NCBI RefSeq assembly: GCF_026571515.1
Contig: NW_026863843.1
Location: 310,001 to 374,000 of the forward strand
Direction: 5' to 3'
Length of the DNA: 64,000 bases
Origin: Ruditapes philippinarum
Taxonomy: Eukaryota
The notes beneath the pieces are model-generated. The model searched no databases, was not told the origin of the DNA, and was given only the letters and a program-made list of their open reading frames with translations. Numbering within the stretch: the stretch's first letter is position 1; every line of letters starts with the position of its first letter. Positions 1-14,413 of this stretch are shown here, piece by piece. A program made the translations under genes and the position numbers.

Positions 1-2720
1 ATAATAAAGATTTTATTTAAAGAGGAAACACAGTTGGGCAAGCCCAGACTCCCTATGAGCCTCTATCAAACATACAATCATCAGTGAGGATGCGAGTTTA
101 CGTGGGTGTGGGTTCAAGCTCTATTGGAGGCCATTTTTTAATACTTTTATGTTCTTTTTGTCTTGCCAGATTATGGTTTTCTTTTTGTTTGACATATCTT
201 GAATTAAGAAAAAATTTGCACATTTACAAGTACTTTTTAGTGTTAAATGAGTGAAAATGAGGTAGTTTTACTATTTACCATAGATGTGTTTACCTATTGT
301 ATATACTAAATACCCAGTTTGTAAATTCATGACATTTTTTTTTCACCTGTAAATTACCTACTGTGGAAAAAGTAAAATCTGCATAAATAATTGATTACAG
401 ATAGATGGTCGTTTTTTTAAACACATGTCTATGTACACATTATAAATTTATATAAAGGCAGATCCGTCGCCCATCAACCATCCTCACGCACATATATTTG
501 GATAAAAACACTCAATTGGAAAATATTTCAGATATTTTATATAGTCATACAAAATACATCAAAGTGTCAGATTATAAACATATTTTTCTTCTTTCTCTAA
601 CTTCATCGGCCACAACAATTTATAAAAGTTACCTCTGTGACTAATTATACATTAATACAGTAATCTGACAGACTTACTTGTGTACTTTACATAAATACTG
701 TCAACATACTGTTTTTAAAATGAGAATAATTCAATAAAATTTCAACACTGCCTATATAGGTTTATTATAGAGAAGAAAATTGCCTTATTTAGTATTTTCT
801 TTACTTTAATGTCTTACATCATTCACTGGCTGAATCTAAAAGTACTCATTAGACTTAGATGCCAACAACATAAGTGCCAAATCAGTCTTCACCTCTGTGC
901 TCTGTACAAAAGTAGCTTAATTTTTATTTTGATATTGAAATCCCTCTGGGCCCTAATAAGCAGTGGATACAGGAGCCTCACTGGGACCCTCAGGAAGAGG
1001 AATTTCACATTGTTTTGAAGATTGAAGAAACAGTGGTATATGTTTGTAAACAATAATACTTATTATGTCAAGTACTACACATATATGTAAGGGAAAAAAT
1101 GTAATATCCAAAGGGAATGGGAATAGTTCAACTAAAAAAAATCATGAAATGAGGGTCCTGCCCTTAATTGTTCCATATACAAAGAAGAGCAAGTCTAGAC
1201 AGAGTCAGGAAGACTGCTTAACATAAATTAAAATGAGTCATTGTTTTACAATATTTATTTTTAGTGTAATGCTCAAGTGCAGTTCAGCATTTTTTTGGTT
1301 CCAACTTCTTACATAGGTACTATATTAAAAGGCACCTGGGTCAATGAGTTAACTAAATATATACTTAAGAAATACAAATTTTCACATTCTTATTTATAAG
1401 ACACATGCAACAATATATAATATTTCATATAACTGAACTCTGGGTGCAAATATTTGACCTTGTGACACAATCAATTATTAATTATAAACTGGTAGACTGC
1501 TATAAACCAAACAATAAATTACAACTGGGTGTGAATTATAAAGACCCATTATGTTGATGATCAATAAATAAACGTTTTCTATTTAATAATTATAACCTGT
1601 ACAAAGTATTAAAAAATTAATGTATTTTCTTGCTATAAAGAAACAGAAAACTTTCATAACAGAATATTATTACAAGATTGTGTATGTTCAAAGTTGTCAA
1701 ATTATGTAGCCCTAAATTTTAGAATAATTAATGGCTTAAATAAATGACAACTGAGACCAACCGGTATATTGGTTATTGCCTCCATCTCTAGCCAGTGCAG
1801 TGTATCTCTAACACAGTGTCACATAGAATTGACCTTAAAATGTTACACAAGATTTTATGAAGATTGTCCTTAACATATCATATAAGATTGATTGGAAAAT
1901 TACCCATGCCTGACTTCTGTTTGATAACAAGGAGATATTTTCTTTTCTTAAATAAAATAGCTGCAGTATATCAAAACATAGGTAGTGTGGGCATTTGTTT
2001 TTGCCTTACAGATCAATAAATGCTGTGGCTTTAGCCCATCCCCCCATAATTCCCCACCAGTATTAAAACACCCCTGATCTGCGAAAGGTGCCAACTATTT
2101 AGTGGCTGTCTGAATGTATGAGATGGTATTAGGTTCAACCGAAACAATACCTTGTTCCATTGACCTCAGAGTTCCCTTGCCACTACCAGTGTTTCACAAT
2201 GATGTGAAGTCAGTAATTGGTCATATGCCCTAATTGGTCATCATTGTGTTTGTAACTGATGCTGATGAAAGGTCAACAACTTAAAAGGAGTACAACATAA
2301 AACATAACTTGATATTCTGTAGTATTGTTTTCAGGCAAACACTTTTATAAGGTACATGACATAAATAAATTACATGAAATACTGTTTAATACGGCTAAAC
2401 ACAATCACTTAAATAAAGACATTCAACTGATGGTAGATGCTGATAGATATCAGTCTAATGTGCCAGCATACCCTGCAGGTATATATTGTCATGCAAATCT
2501 GAACCATCTTAAAATAATACAGTCAATTAACCGTCCTCCTTGAGATACTAACCTATCCAATTTGATGCATATAGTTTTTTTGCAAATGGAATTCTACACT
2601 ACATTGTATTAAATTTCCTTTGATTAAATCATTAGACTTACTAAATATAGACGTATGAGCAATGAACAGGTAATTTACATACACACATTAAAACATGTTT
2701 TCAATGAATCTACCTGTATA

Positions 2721-2889
2721 CAGTCAAACCCTGAGCTCTTAGACCATCTCTGAATAAAGACCACCCTGAAAATAACGGCCACTCTTCAACAATCCTATAT
2801 TGATTAAAAAGAACAAAGTAACCTTCAAATAAAGCCCACTTGTGTATAAAGGCCATGCTTGGGTTCTCCCTTGTTAACAGTTATGACTG
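2721..2889. mobile_element. Degenerate Tc1/mariner(pogo)-type MITE
   Basis: TA-CAGTCAAAC...ATGACTG-TA ends, with internal GACCA/GGCCA repeats. Confidence 0.5.
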
Positions 2890-5159
2890 TACATGTAAAA
2901 ACAACACACTTGTTATGATACCAGACAAGGTGATCTACAGAACAATTATTACAACATTACATATAAAGGTAGGCTTTTATACGACAGGTTAAATCATGAA
3001 CAACCAAACCACAATCTGTACCACCAAATCATCAGGTTGAACCAGTCCCACCTATCTATAATTCAGGCACTTTTAATTAAATTAAATGGCAAATTGAAAA
3101 GAATCACATACATGAACCTTCTTAACAAAAGTAAAGGTAAAGGACAATAAAACTAATAAAATGCTGACTGTTGATCTGGAGCTGTCAAAGTATAGGACTA
3201 TAATAATGTATAAAAACACACATGGAATCATCCATACTGAATAAGTATCAAAATGACCTTTACTTTATAGGTTTTTGGAAACTGTACAGAAACTTGCAAA
3301 GTGCTGCTGAGTCATGGTTACATATGCACACTATGTCTTTGATACAAAAAAACAAAAAAAAAACCTCCCAACAACTGAAAAGATATAAACTTAAAACAAT
3401 ACATTACATTATTATCATGTCAGTTATTAACATGCTTTGCAATATCATTTTAATATATCATTATTCTACGTGAATATGCATGTTTTTATAAATAAACAAA
3501 ATAATAAGTCACCAATAGATCCATCATTTTCTCTCAATTTAAATGAATAAAAAGAACAACTATAAAAACTATAGACCTAATAAAACTTTGATTTTGAATG
3601 TGAAAAGATGAAACTGGTGTTATTATGTGCCTTAATCATCTTATACCTTCTAGGTTCTAGTATAAACACAAGATCAATCAGATTTTTACCAACTATTTCA
3701 CCCTTAGCACTCTAAATATCATAAATGGATTTGCCTATCTTTATATCTAGACAAAACCATTTATCATTTTTAGGGGAAATTTTAAAACATGTTTTGACTG
3801 AATAGCAAAGAGTGCAGATTTATTATTAGATGGTATGGCATAAATGGCATGGTTGATCTTGATCTACACTGGTCACATGGATATTAAGTTGCCACCAACA
3901 GGCTATAGTTACATTAAAAAGAACAAAGGCCAGACTTACATGCATATGAACTTAACTTATTTCATACATGAAAGCATTTTATATGTTTTTATTACAAGCT
4001 TTATTGCAGCTATTACTTTATATCTTTAAAAGCTTTATTTACTTTTACACTGTTGTCATTTCAGACATAATCTGACAAATGGAGCTATCTGAAATAGCTT
4101 AATAACCTCTAAATAAGCAGAACATATTTTTTAAATTATTTTTGGAAATAAAACTATATGTCTCAAGTGCTTCTTTAGGTTATAGAGATTACTTTCCAGT
4201 CATGCAAATATTTGACATACATTTTTTAGCAGTATGTTATCTATACTCTTGTTTTATATCCCAATAGTAATATTAATGATTATTCTTGCATAAAAACTGT
4301 GCAAGCAGGTATACATGTCATTTACTGAGAAGAAAACATACATAAATTGATAAAATAACACGAGAAGACACTGTTACTGCACTTCTTTAATAGGCGTGCC
4401 ATGTAAAAATAGCTTACAGCAATGACGGCCATGGGGTTTTTATTATCAAATGATATTCCACTTGCATGTAAAAAGCTTGATTTATAAAAAAAGCTTGATT
4501 TATAAGAAAAGAAAGTAACAAGACAAAGATTACAAAATCACATCTTGTAAAACTTTTTTGGCAAGACTGGTAGGCCTGGGCCCTCTTCAGATGTTAATAC
4601 ACAAAAAAAATTGCATCAACCCTTTATTTAAATTTACTGTGTCTTCACAATGCCAGATATTTGGAATGCCAGATATTTGAACCAAATATAACAAAACCAA
4701 CAGACAATGTTGTATATATATTTAAAAATACCCTTCATCTTTTAAATACTTTAACTAACAATTTGTCTCATTGCTAATATTAACAAAGTCTTTACTTCAA
4801 ATTCCTTTATTGAAAAATATTCAACTAATCCATTTCTATTTGTCCAAGTATTTAAATTAAGTGTTTATTTTCCCAATATACCAAACAATTTTACTGAAAT
4901 GTTAACAATGGATAAATTGTATAGTAATCATTTAAGCTTACTACTGGGTGAAATAACTACTGTATACAACTAAAAGCATAACACCCCATGTCTTATTGTA
5001 ACATATCATGTCTTGACGAAAACATACCTTTCTTGATGATGATACATCCTATTTTGATGATGAAATGATGATAATTCATCAAATTTGAATGACCTTATCT
5101 TGATTATTACAAACCATGTCTTGATGATGATGGAAACATATCCTATCATGAATATAATA

Positions 5160-6700
5160 CACCGTATCTAGTTTACAACAAACCCTGTCCTGATAGCAAC
5201 ACATCATGTCCTGATGACAACACACCATATCTTGTTAACAACAAGTCCTGTCCTGATGACAAAACAACATATCTTGTTCACAACAAACCCTGTCCTGATG
5301 ACAACACCCTGTCCTGATGACAACACAACCATGTCCTGATTACAACACACCCTGTCCTGATGACAACACCCTGTCCTGATGACAACACACCATATCTTGT
5401 TAACAACAAGTCATGTCCTGATGACAAAACAACATATCTTGTTCACAACAAACCATGTCCTGATAGCAACACACCATGTCTTGATGACAACACACCATGT
5501 CCTGGTGACAACACACCATGTCCTGATGACAACACAACATTTCTTGTTCACAAAAAAACTGATGACAACACAACCATGTCCTGATGACAACACACCATGT
5601 CCTGATGACAACACCCTGTCCTGATGACAACACACCATATCTTGTTACTAACAAGTCCTGTCCTGATGACAAAACAACATATCTTGTTCACAACAAACCA
5701 TGTCCTGATAGCAACACACTATGTCCTGATGACAACACACCATGTCCTGATGACAGCGCACTATGTCCTGATGACAACACAACATTTCTTGTTAACAAAA
5801 AACCTGATGACAACAGAACCATGTCCTGATTACAACACACCATGTCCTGATGACAACACACCATATCTTGTTAACAACAAGTCCTGTCATGATGACCAAA
5901 CAACATATCTTGTTCACAACAAACCATGTCCTGGTAGCAACACACCATGTCCTGATGACAACACACCATGTCCTGATGATAACACACCATGTCCTGATGA
6001 CAACACCCTGTCCTGATGACAACACACCATATCTTGTTACTAACAAGTCCTGTCCTGATGACCAAACAACATATCTTGTTCACAACAAACCATGTCCTGA
6101 TGACAACACACCTTGTCCTGATGACAACATACATTGTCCTGATGACAACACACCATGTCCTGATGACAATGCACTATGTCCTGATGACAACACAACATTT
6201 CTTGTTAACAACAAACCTGATGGCAACACAACCATGTCCTGACGACAACACACTGTCTCTTGTTAACATCAAGTCCTGTCCTGATTGCAACACACCATGT
6301 CCTGATGACAACACAACATTTCTTGTTCACAACAAACCCAGTCCTGATGACAACACACCATGTCCAGATAACAACACACCATGTCCTGATGACAACACAA
6401 CATTTCTTGTTCACAACAAACCCTGTCCTGATGACAACACACCATTTCTTGTTCACAACACACCATGTCCTGATAACAACACACCATGTCCTGATGACAA
6501 CACAACATATGTTGTTTACAATAAATCCTGTCCTGATGACAACACAACATTTCTTGTTCACAACAGACCCTGTCCTGATGGTAACAGACCATGTCCTGAT
6601 GACAACACACCATATATTGTTTACAACAAACCCTGTCTTGATGACAACACACCTTGTCCTGATGGTAACACACCATGTATTGATGACAACACAATCATTA
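5160..6700. repeat. Complex minisatellite: 21-bp core TGTCCTGATGACAACACACCA plus 39-bp variants
   Basis: Dozens of direct tandem copies, with degenerate copies back to about 4975. It generates overlapping repetitive ORFs on both strands. Confidence 0.97.
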
Positions 6701-9700
6701 CCTCTTAGTTTGAACTTCAGTGCTTCTAATCAGGCGCTAACTCAAGTTTGCTTTAATGCAAGAAGCTTTTCTAGCTTTACTGAAACTTTAAACCCAATTA
6801 ATGCAAAATGTGAAATGACTGATCACTTTTGAAATGTATACATACAAGCTTGTAGACTGCTCAGATAAAAAAACAAACAAATTTCTTACTTTAATTTGTC
6901 ATCCAATATTATGAACTCATTGTATAAGAAAATAAGAAATAAGTTATTTATCAATTAATCAAGAATTAATAGACTGCATTAATCTTTCTGTTGATGTGAA
7001 GGAGATATGGAAAGTAAACATATAGTAATACAGGATTGTACAAACTGTGTTGGGGGGAATTATCCCCTGATACTCAGAGATTAAATAATTAGTGCAGGAG
7101 TTTAAATTGACTTCTTTAAACAGCTGTGGTAACATATGGTTTACATTCATCATAATGTGGCTGCAACAACTGTTGATTCAACACATCCTTCACTATTACC
7201 ATCACATGAGCATGTTGAGCATGAAACTTATTATATCTGCAGATATCAATCTCATCATATCTCAAAGAGCCAGGACAACTCTATATGGTAGTTAAAAGCT
7301 GGTAGTGAAAACTGTATTTTTATATGTGACTTTGAGGTGTACATGTTAAGCTGTTAATCTAACAGATTGTATGTTTTTACTTTATTGTCGTCATGTCTAT
7401 TGTGTCATGGTACCAGGAAACAGATACATGAGTAATCTGAATCAGCTTTAAGTCCTGCCTTTGGACCAGTTTGGGTAATACAGGATTCTGTCAATAGCTC
7501 ATAGTTATAATTGCCTTCTTCTCTGAATGATCTGGAGCACAATATTAAAATGAACGACTTGGAGGACATATTAAATGAAGTTATCATACAGATTGAGAAT
7601 CACGGAAAATACAAACTAGGCCAAGCATTTACACCATATTTAGAAGTCTCCTTATTTAACTGGAAAAGGAAGGCACATTCCTTTATCAGTTTTTATCAGT
7701 TTCAGTATAACATCAAATAGATATAAAAATAAAGATATCTCTTCATACCTGTAAATTAATACTGATAGCCTTCAGATATGTTACATATAAAATTACAATG
7801 AAGATGCCTGCATGTATTGCATCAAGTTAATGATACAATTTAAACATTTGATAGAAATCATCTATTTCCACTATGAAGCAGCAGTTAGTGTCATCATTGT
7901 AATTAGTAACACAGAAGGCAACCTGCCCCTCCTTTGATTTCAGACCAACACTAGGCTAGCTCAATCTTGCAGGCACTAAAACAGTAATCACAGACTAAAA
8001 TGATGTATACATTAACAAAATAATTAAGTGAAATTTCCATAAAAATATTAATTTAAGCAGATACGCTGTTAAAATAACAAAATGCAAGTAAATGTTTACA
8101 TTTCAACCTCCTGCATGTTTTTAGGCTGTAGGCTAATACTCTTTTGGTGCATTTCCAGGCCATTTCCAGGCTATTTCCAGCCTATTTCCAGCCTTCTTTA
8201 TGCTGGACAGGTTATTTTAAGTGCTGTGCCATCTTTAACCATAGTTCTGCATTCATCATATAACACTAAGAAATTAACCAACATTGAACAGTTTAATGAG
8301 CAAGTATCTTCTCTACAGATACTTCTGTCTCTTGAATAATTACATTTTTCTATTCTCTATTTGAACAGTAGATCTACAGAATATATATTGAAAAAAAAGA
8401 AAAAAAAGAGAAACAACAAGTTTGACTTATATGGATCATGTTGTGTATTGATAATCAATGTATGGCTCTTACACAGCTATGAAACAAATTTGGTGATCAT
8501 CCAACCAATGATTCATAAGAAAATAAATGTTTCAAAGATTTTTCTGTATCTGGTTTTGATTACCCTGAAAAAAGGAGTCATTACTATTTTACTAACATAT
8601 ATTACACAGGCATAATTCATTTTTTTTTACATATTTCATTTATCTTTATTTAGGTGAATATACAGCATTTAGTCCTTCATTCTCAGTTGCCTTTTAAATT
8701 TTAGAAGGCATTCCACAGTTGCTACTTAAAAACAATTTAGCTCAATATTGAAATATCTTATGATAAGAAGTGGTCTAATACTAATCATAAATTACAAATA
8801 CTTCAAATATTTGTCAACGGAAACAAGAGACAACTTATTTACTTGTATAGTGTTAAAGTTTGTTTAAACTGAGACCTGTAAATGTCAAAATTTACTGATA
8901 CATCTAAACCCATGCCTCTTCCATATATATATATCAACACAATTCTGACACATATCTAGTATCTCCGTATTCTATACATGCAAATTAAGTTATCTTAAAA
9001 TTCTATAAACTTCCATCTAGCAATGGGTTGGAAGTGAATTAATGATGTCTAGTTCTTTTTAAAGTGATTGCCAAATTAAACTGCTAGATCAAACATTCTA
9101 TTATAGCTGATTTAAATATCTTCTCTATAAAGGAAGAAAACCTGAATTCTTGTTTTTTTTGTTCTAATATACAATGTATATCAGGAAGGTTCTTATAACC
9201 AAGAGACAGGCCATCAGAGTCTGGGAATGTGGCTTACATACATGTAATGTATCTACATGTAGCAGTTAGACATTGACAACCATCATGTTCAGCAGAACAA
9301 AATGATTTTAGCATTTTTGTAGAAGATTATTTCATGATGATGATTCCTGTAAAGTTTCATCAAAGTTCAGGCCAAAGGGTCAAGTAGGAAATGTCATTTG
9401 AATTGAAATGTTAAAGACCTACACCAGATGACAGATACCTGAAACAGGTAATCCCAACAGCTCGCCTTTAAGCATGCTGTGCTAAGATGAGCTAAAAGTA
9501 CATAAATTGAAATGGTATTTATCATTATTTTCAATGGTTAAGTATTGGATTGGCACAATCTAATGTTTAACTTTCAGGACATTCTTGTATACAAATATTT
9601 CAGTTTAATATGGAATATTTCAGGTGTATTACACTCTATAGGCTATACTTTCATTGATTCTGATGCTACAGTTAATTGTATAATTGTGTAGTAATTACCT

Positions 9701-11232
9701 CTCTAAAGTAGTATCTATACAATTGAAAGCATATAAATTCTCATAATGACAATTAAATACAAGAGCATTTGACAAGCCCATATACCATAGGTTGTAAAAT
9801 ATAAGCTGGTAAAAAGGCTCCAATCATAACATGTACATTGTATATGTTTAAGCTTCACAATGCATGTTCATAACTCACCTCCCGTAGATAATTGCGTTTC
9901 AAACCTCAATTTGTTTCAAAACGACTGCAAGGGGCCCTGACATGACCCCTTTGGTATCCTGGGTATTTGTGCATGCACACAGCATGCCTTTGATTGGTTA
10001 GATGTTTTACCTACTTAAACCTCCACATAACTTGAAATCTTCGGTTTGCCCCAATATAATACACATGCAGCACCAGATAAACTAAATATTTTCACTATCT
10101 TAAATATTTTACAATAATCACAATGTTATCAACCTCTAGATCTGCATTATCAACTATTACAGTCTTATCAAATGGGTGTAAACTTATTTTCAAAAAAAGA
10201 TATGACCCAAAATTTACTGAAAAGAAAGAAAACTAGAGCACCTACTTGACATGATAGATTGGGTATATCACACATGTATTATGTACATGTAGCATAACCA
10301 TATTTAATTAATTATAATAGTTTACACGAGTTTTGCAAATTGCAAATAGTGGATGCAAAAAAAAAGTATTACAGATCATTTAAAGTCAAACTCGATCACT
10401 GCTGTACCAGCTATGTTCCATACAAAATAAAGCATAAATCATTGTGCTGTTAACAATCATATCATCCTATTATAAATAATACTAACTAGATGCAGCAAGA
10501 GTAGAGAACTAAGAGGGGCTCAGACCTAGCCATTTCAACAGAGCCCAGAAAACTACCACAGGTACCCTACAGGTTATTATTATATGACTTCAATCAAAAT
10601 GGGTTCATAACTTAGCGACATATAGTCAACACAAAAATAAAATTTCTTTTTAATGATGAAAGAGAAAAATTAAACCAAACTTAAAATTTGCATGCTGTTA
10701 CACATCAAAACATCAAAGGCTGGTTTCAGTAAAGACATAAGCTGTATTTTATGTAGTACAGGGAAATGAACATGTTCATTACACATGGAGTAATAAAACG
10801 TCAAAACTTGAAATAAAACTTACATTAAGACATAAAAGTTTAAAGGGCTGTGAAACAACTCTAAGATTTGTTACAACTAGTTGCTGGAACAGATGTTTTT
10901 ATTGAACATGTATATTTTGATAGATAGATGCATTATAGTGCTTTTATGAGTTTTTGACAATGAGAGTGTAATAATCCTTAATTAGTCTTTAATGTCACTC
11001 TGTAATGATGTACATGTAGTGATTTACCTATACATGCTTCACATTTATATTGAAGAGAATAACAATAGGTGCAGTTTAATTAACCCTTACCCTGTTCCTG
11101 AAGGGAAAATTTCAAAATAAGTACTGACCAAATAACAATCAGTGCAGACCATGATTGTGCTGGCTGATGTTGGTTTGCATCATTCACATGGGTATATTTA
11201 GCTGGACCACTAGACTAAGGATTAATGTTATA

Positions 11233-11859
11233 CTGGTTGAGGACCACCAAAACCGGACAACCACCAAACCCGGACGGCCCCGAAAATGCTTAATTTAGTA
11301 TTTTCTTTCTTCAGTGGTTGTCAGTCACTTTTTTAATCAACAATAAGTGCATGTTTATTTTAAAATTATGTAAATAAATTTATTTCAACCTCCGTAAATG
11401 GTGATATTTTAATGTCTATTTCAAGAATGTTGACGTTGAAATTTGGGGGTCAAGAAAGCAATGCCTGACCTCATATACCAGCTACATGTATAATCATTTG
11501 CAGAGTGAATAATATATTATCCAAAACTTCAGCATTTGTTGCTGACATATTGTATATCATGTTAAAAATCAAAAATCAAAACACCCAAGCTTTTTTCTGA
11601 ATTAAATCATGTCATTTACATATCTGTCCGGACACATGGTACTTTAGTGTAGACAATTTAGGTAATTTTGATACCCTCCTTGCTGAGCCTCAGATATAAG
11701 TGTCAATAAAATCAGAAATAAACAAACTAGTTTGTTAGTTAGGAGAAGAACCTAGCTGAACTGTGAACTGTGTCAATTTTTTTGGTCTCTAGGTTAAAAA
11801 ATTATGAAATCTGTACGGAAAAATGTTCCAAAAGTGTCCGGTTGATGGTCTCCGACCAG
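11233..11859. mobile_element. Non-autonomous DNA transposon with TA target duplication (Tc1/mariner-like)
   Basis: Left end TA-CTGGTTGAGGACCACCAAAACCGGACA matches the reverse complement of the right end TGTCCGGTTGATGGTCTCCGACCAG-TA. Confidence 0.7.
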
Positions 11860-12882
11860 TATACATGTATAAGATCAGGTTTAACATGACATGGGGTATT
11901 CTCTTTCATAGAACATAGAAACTTTGTTCGGGGGGGGGGGGGGGGGTGCAAACCAGGCATTAAACATGTAAGTTTAGGCTAATGTTTCAAATATAAGATA
12001 CAATGTACAATTACATAGACAATTAGTATCTACCATTATTTCAAGATTATCTGGATATCATATAATTGGCAAGTGTATTGAAGGATGTTTGTACACAGGA
12101 GGTAGTAACTAAAGATATAACCTTAAATACTGTAAATAAATGAGGATATCCCTGCTCAACTTTCACCTGTCTATAAGATACCATACACATCACTATCAGT
12201 TAGCCGTGTGTCAAACTTATACCACCTTCCTGTCAGCAGATTATATTATCATAATATCTAGTATACCCTAATGGTCAACTATCACTTTAAATGTAATTTC
12301 TTTATCACTGCCCTGTATCATTCAGTAATTCACATGATATACATACTAAAATATGTGTAATCATGCAAATTACACTAACTGCATCAGGCATTATAATCTA
12401 GGAAAGGCTATGTTCCAATAGCTGAGCTTACAGTTCTCTGAAACTAACTTAAATATTTTCTGAAAAGCCATACTATGTCATACACTGTACATGTATAAAA
12501 TTACTATGTAAGGGCCTGACTCTTGAATACAAGTTGTTAAAAAAAATGCTTAACAACTGAAGTGAAATCCTATCCCTAACAAAAAAATCTAAAGTATTTA
12601 AAAGAAAGATAATATTTTCACGATATAAAGGGATTTTTTTTATAGAAGTTTCAAATAAACCGCAAACAGACAAAGCAGTTCTCCCAGTCAAGTATTTTTT
12701 GCATATTGCCTAATGTTATCATCCTGCCATGCATCAGTGAATTTTCATGAATACTATGGCAGCTAAAATCAAGTTCAACAAAAGTTAATTTGACCAAATG
12801 CCTTAACTACATTTTAGATGACATAACAGAATATCCTAACTTATAGTAATAGACCATTTATATCACCCTTCATAGTTTTATA

Positions 12883-13127
12883 TAATTGAGCCGCGTCACG
12901 ACAAAACCAACATAGTGGGTTTGCTACCAGCATGGATCCAGACAAGCCTGAGCATTTGCGCAGTCTGATCAGGGTCCATGCTGTTCGCTGTCAGTTTCTC
13001 CACTTGTAATAGAGTTGGTAAGCGAACAGCATGGATCCTGATGAGACTGCGCGGATGCGCAGGCTGGTCTGGATCCATGCTGGTCGCAAACCCACTATGT
13101 TGGTTTTGTTGTGATGCGGCTCAATTA
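12883..13127. mobile_element. Fold-back MITE, about 245 bp
   Basis: Inverted arms of about 110 bp (TAATTGAGCCGCGTCACGACAAAACCAACATAGTGGG... / ...CCCACTATGTTGGTTTTGTTGTGATGCGGCTCAATTA), GC-rich relative to the flanks. Confidence 0.9.
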
Positions 13128-14413
13128 TTAAGTATATATTATTATCTACATTTGTATCATTGTATCTAGGAAGTCAATATTAATATGTATGACAAGAGTT
13201 AATTTCCTAAGCGGAATCAACAAGCAATTTCCTACATGCAACAATATATTCAATTTCTCTCCAAAACTTTGATACATATATACTATAGATCAGGAACAAT
13301 TGTAACACAATCAAGTTTTCAAAACTTTTTGCTGCGTGTCACATTTGTATTTATTATAATTATACACATGAGCCAACAATGGGGTATATACCTGGCATGG
13401 CAAAAGGGGATCTGGGCACAGCACCCTCCCATTTCACACTTCCTGCCTGGTTACTACATGCATTATTTGTGTATTTATGTAAAGGACTCCGCATTTTTTT
13501 TATGTTATGCAATTTTCCTTAAATATCAAGTCTCATCAACTTAAACGAATATTTACAGCAACTTGATACATTTGTACAACAAGGAAAAAAACTTAGAGGA
13601 CTCAATTCAAACTTCAATTACCAGGAAATGGAAAACTCATTTAAAGCTCTGTATAAGCATATGTATAAGAACTACATGTAATGTACTACAAAAACCCCAT
13701 AGAGTAAGAAAAACCAACAATTAGTCTACTTTCGAAATTGTACCTGTGAAAATGATTGAATAATGCATTATGTAAGAAAACATAAAATTCATTATGTAGT
13801 TACACATCCTCAGGGCAATGCTGAAATGATCTTACCATCACTTCATGAAATATGTGTAAACAATAATAATTAGCAGGTACATTAAAATGTATTAATAAGA
13901 CACATGACATATTGACAGACTTAATGACAGATGGTGAATATATATATCAATATGGTTTATTTACAATGTAGTTTGCCAGCTGAAGATTTTATTATTGATT
14001 TATGTATCACTATGATCTTCTAAGGACATTTATTTAAATTATCATTCACAACCAAGGTACCCAAAGTCCAATATTCAGTGGTATCGTATGCATAATGATC
14101 TTAATTTTTAAAAAAAAAAACCTTTTGAAAATGTATATTAGCACCATTTCTTTAGGGTTAAATAGACTATCTACAATACATGAGACCTTCACAGTAATGC
14201 ATTTCAATTATTGTTAATATCAGAACATTGGAAATCTCTATACACATTGTACTTCAAGTTCAATGTTGTAACCACAAATTGGCTATCAACAATAAACCTG
14301 CATTATATCCTATGATAGCACAAAATAATAAAATACATTTAAATATCAAAAAGGAATATATTTCCATATTAATCTAACTAAATCTTATATTAAGAAAATA
14401 TGCAATGACATAC

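Noticed and set aside
72-140. tRNA-like segment with B-box-like GGTTCAAGC followed by a T run
   Set aside because: No A box or cloverleaf, at most a decayed SINE head
5360-6832. Cys/Asp-, His- and Cys/Val-rich ORFs resembling metallothionein or shell-matrix proteins
   Set aside because: They occur in several overlapping frames on both strands of a minisatellite, are broken by 20-bp frameshifting units, and show no clear splice or start context
12896-13169. Opposite-strand ORFs MDPDQPAHPRSL... and partner
   Set aside because: Produced by the palindromic MITE
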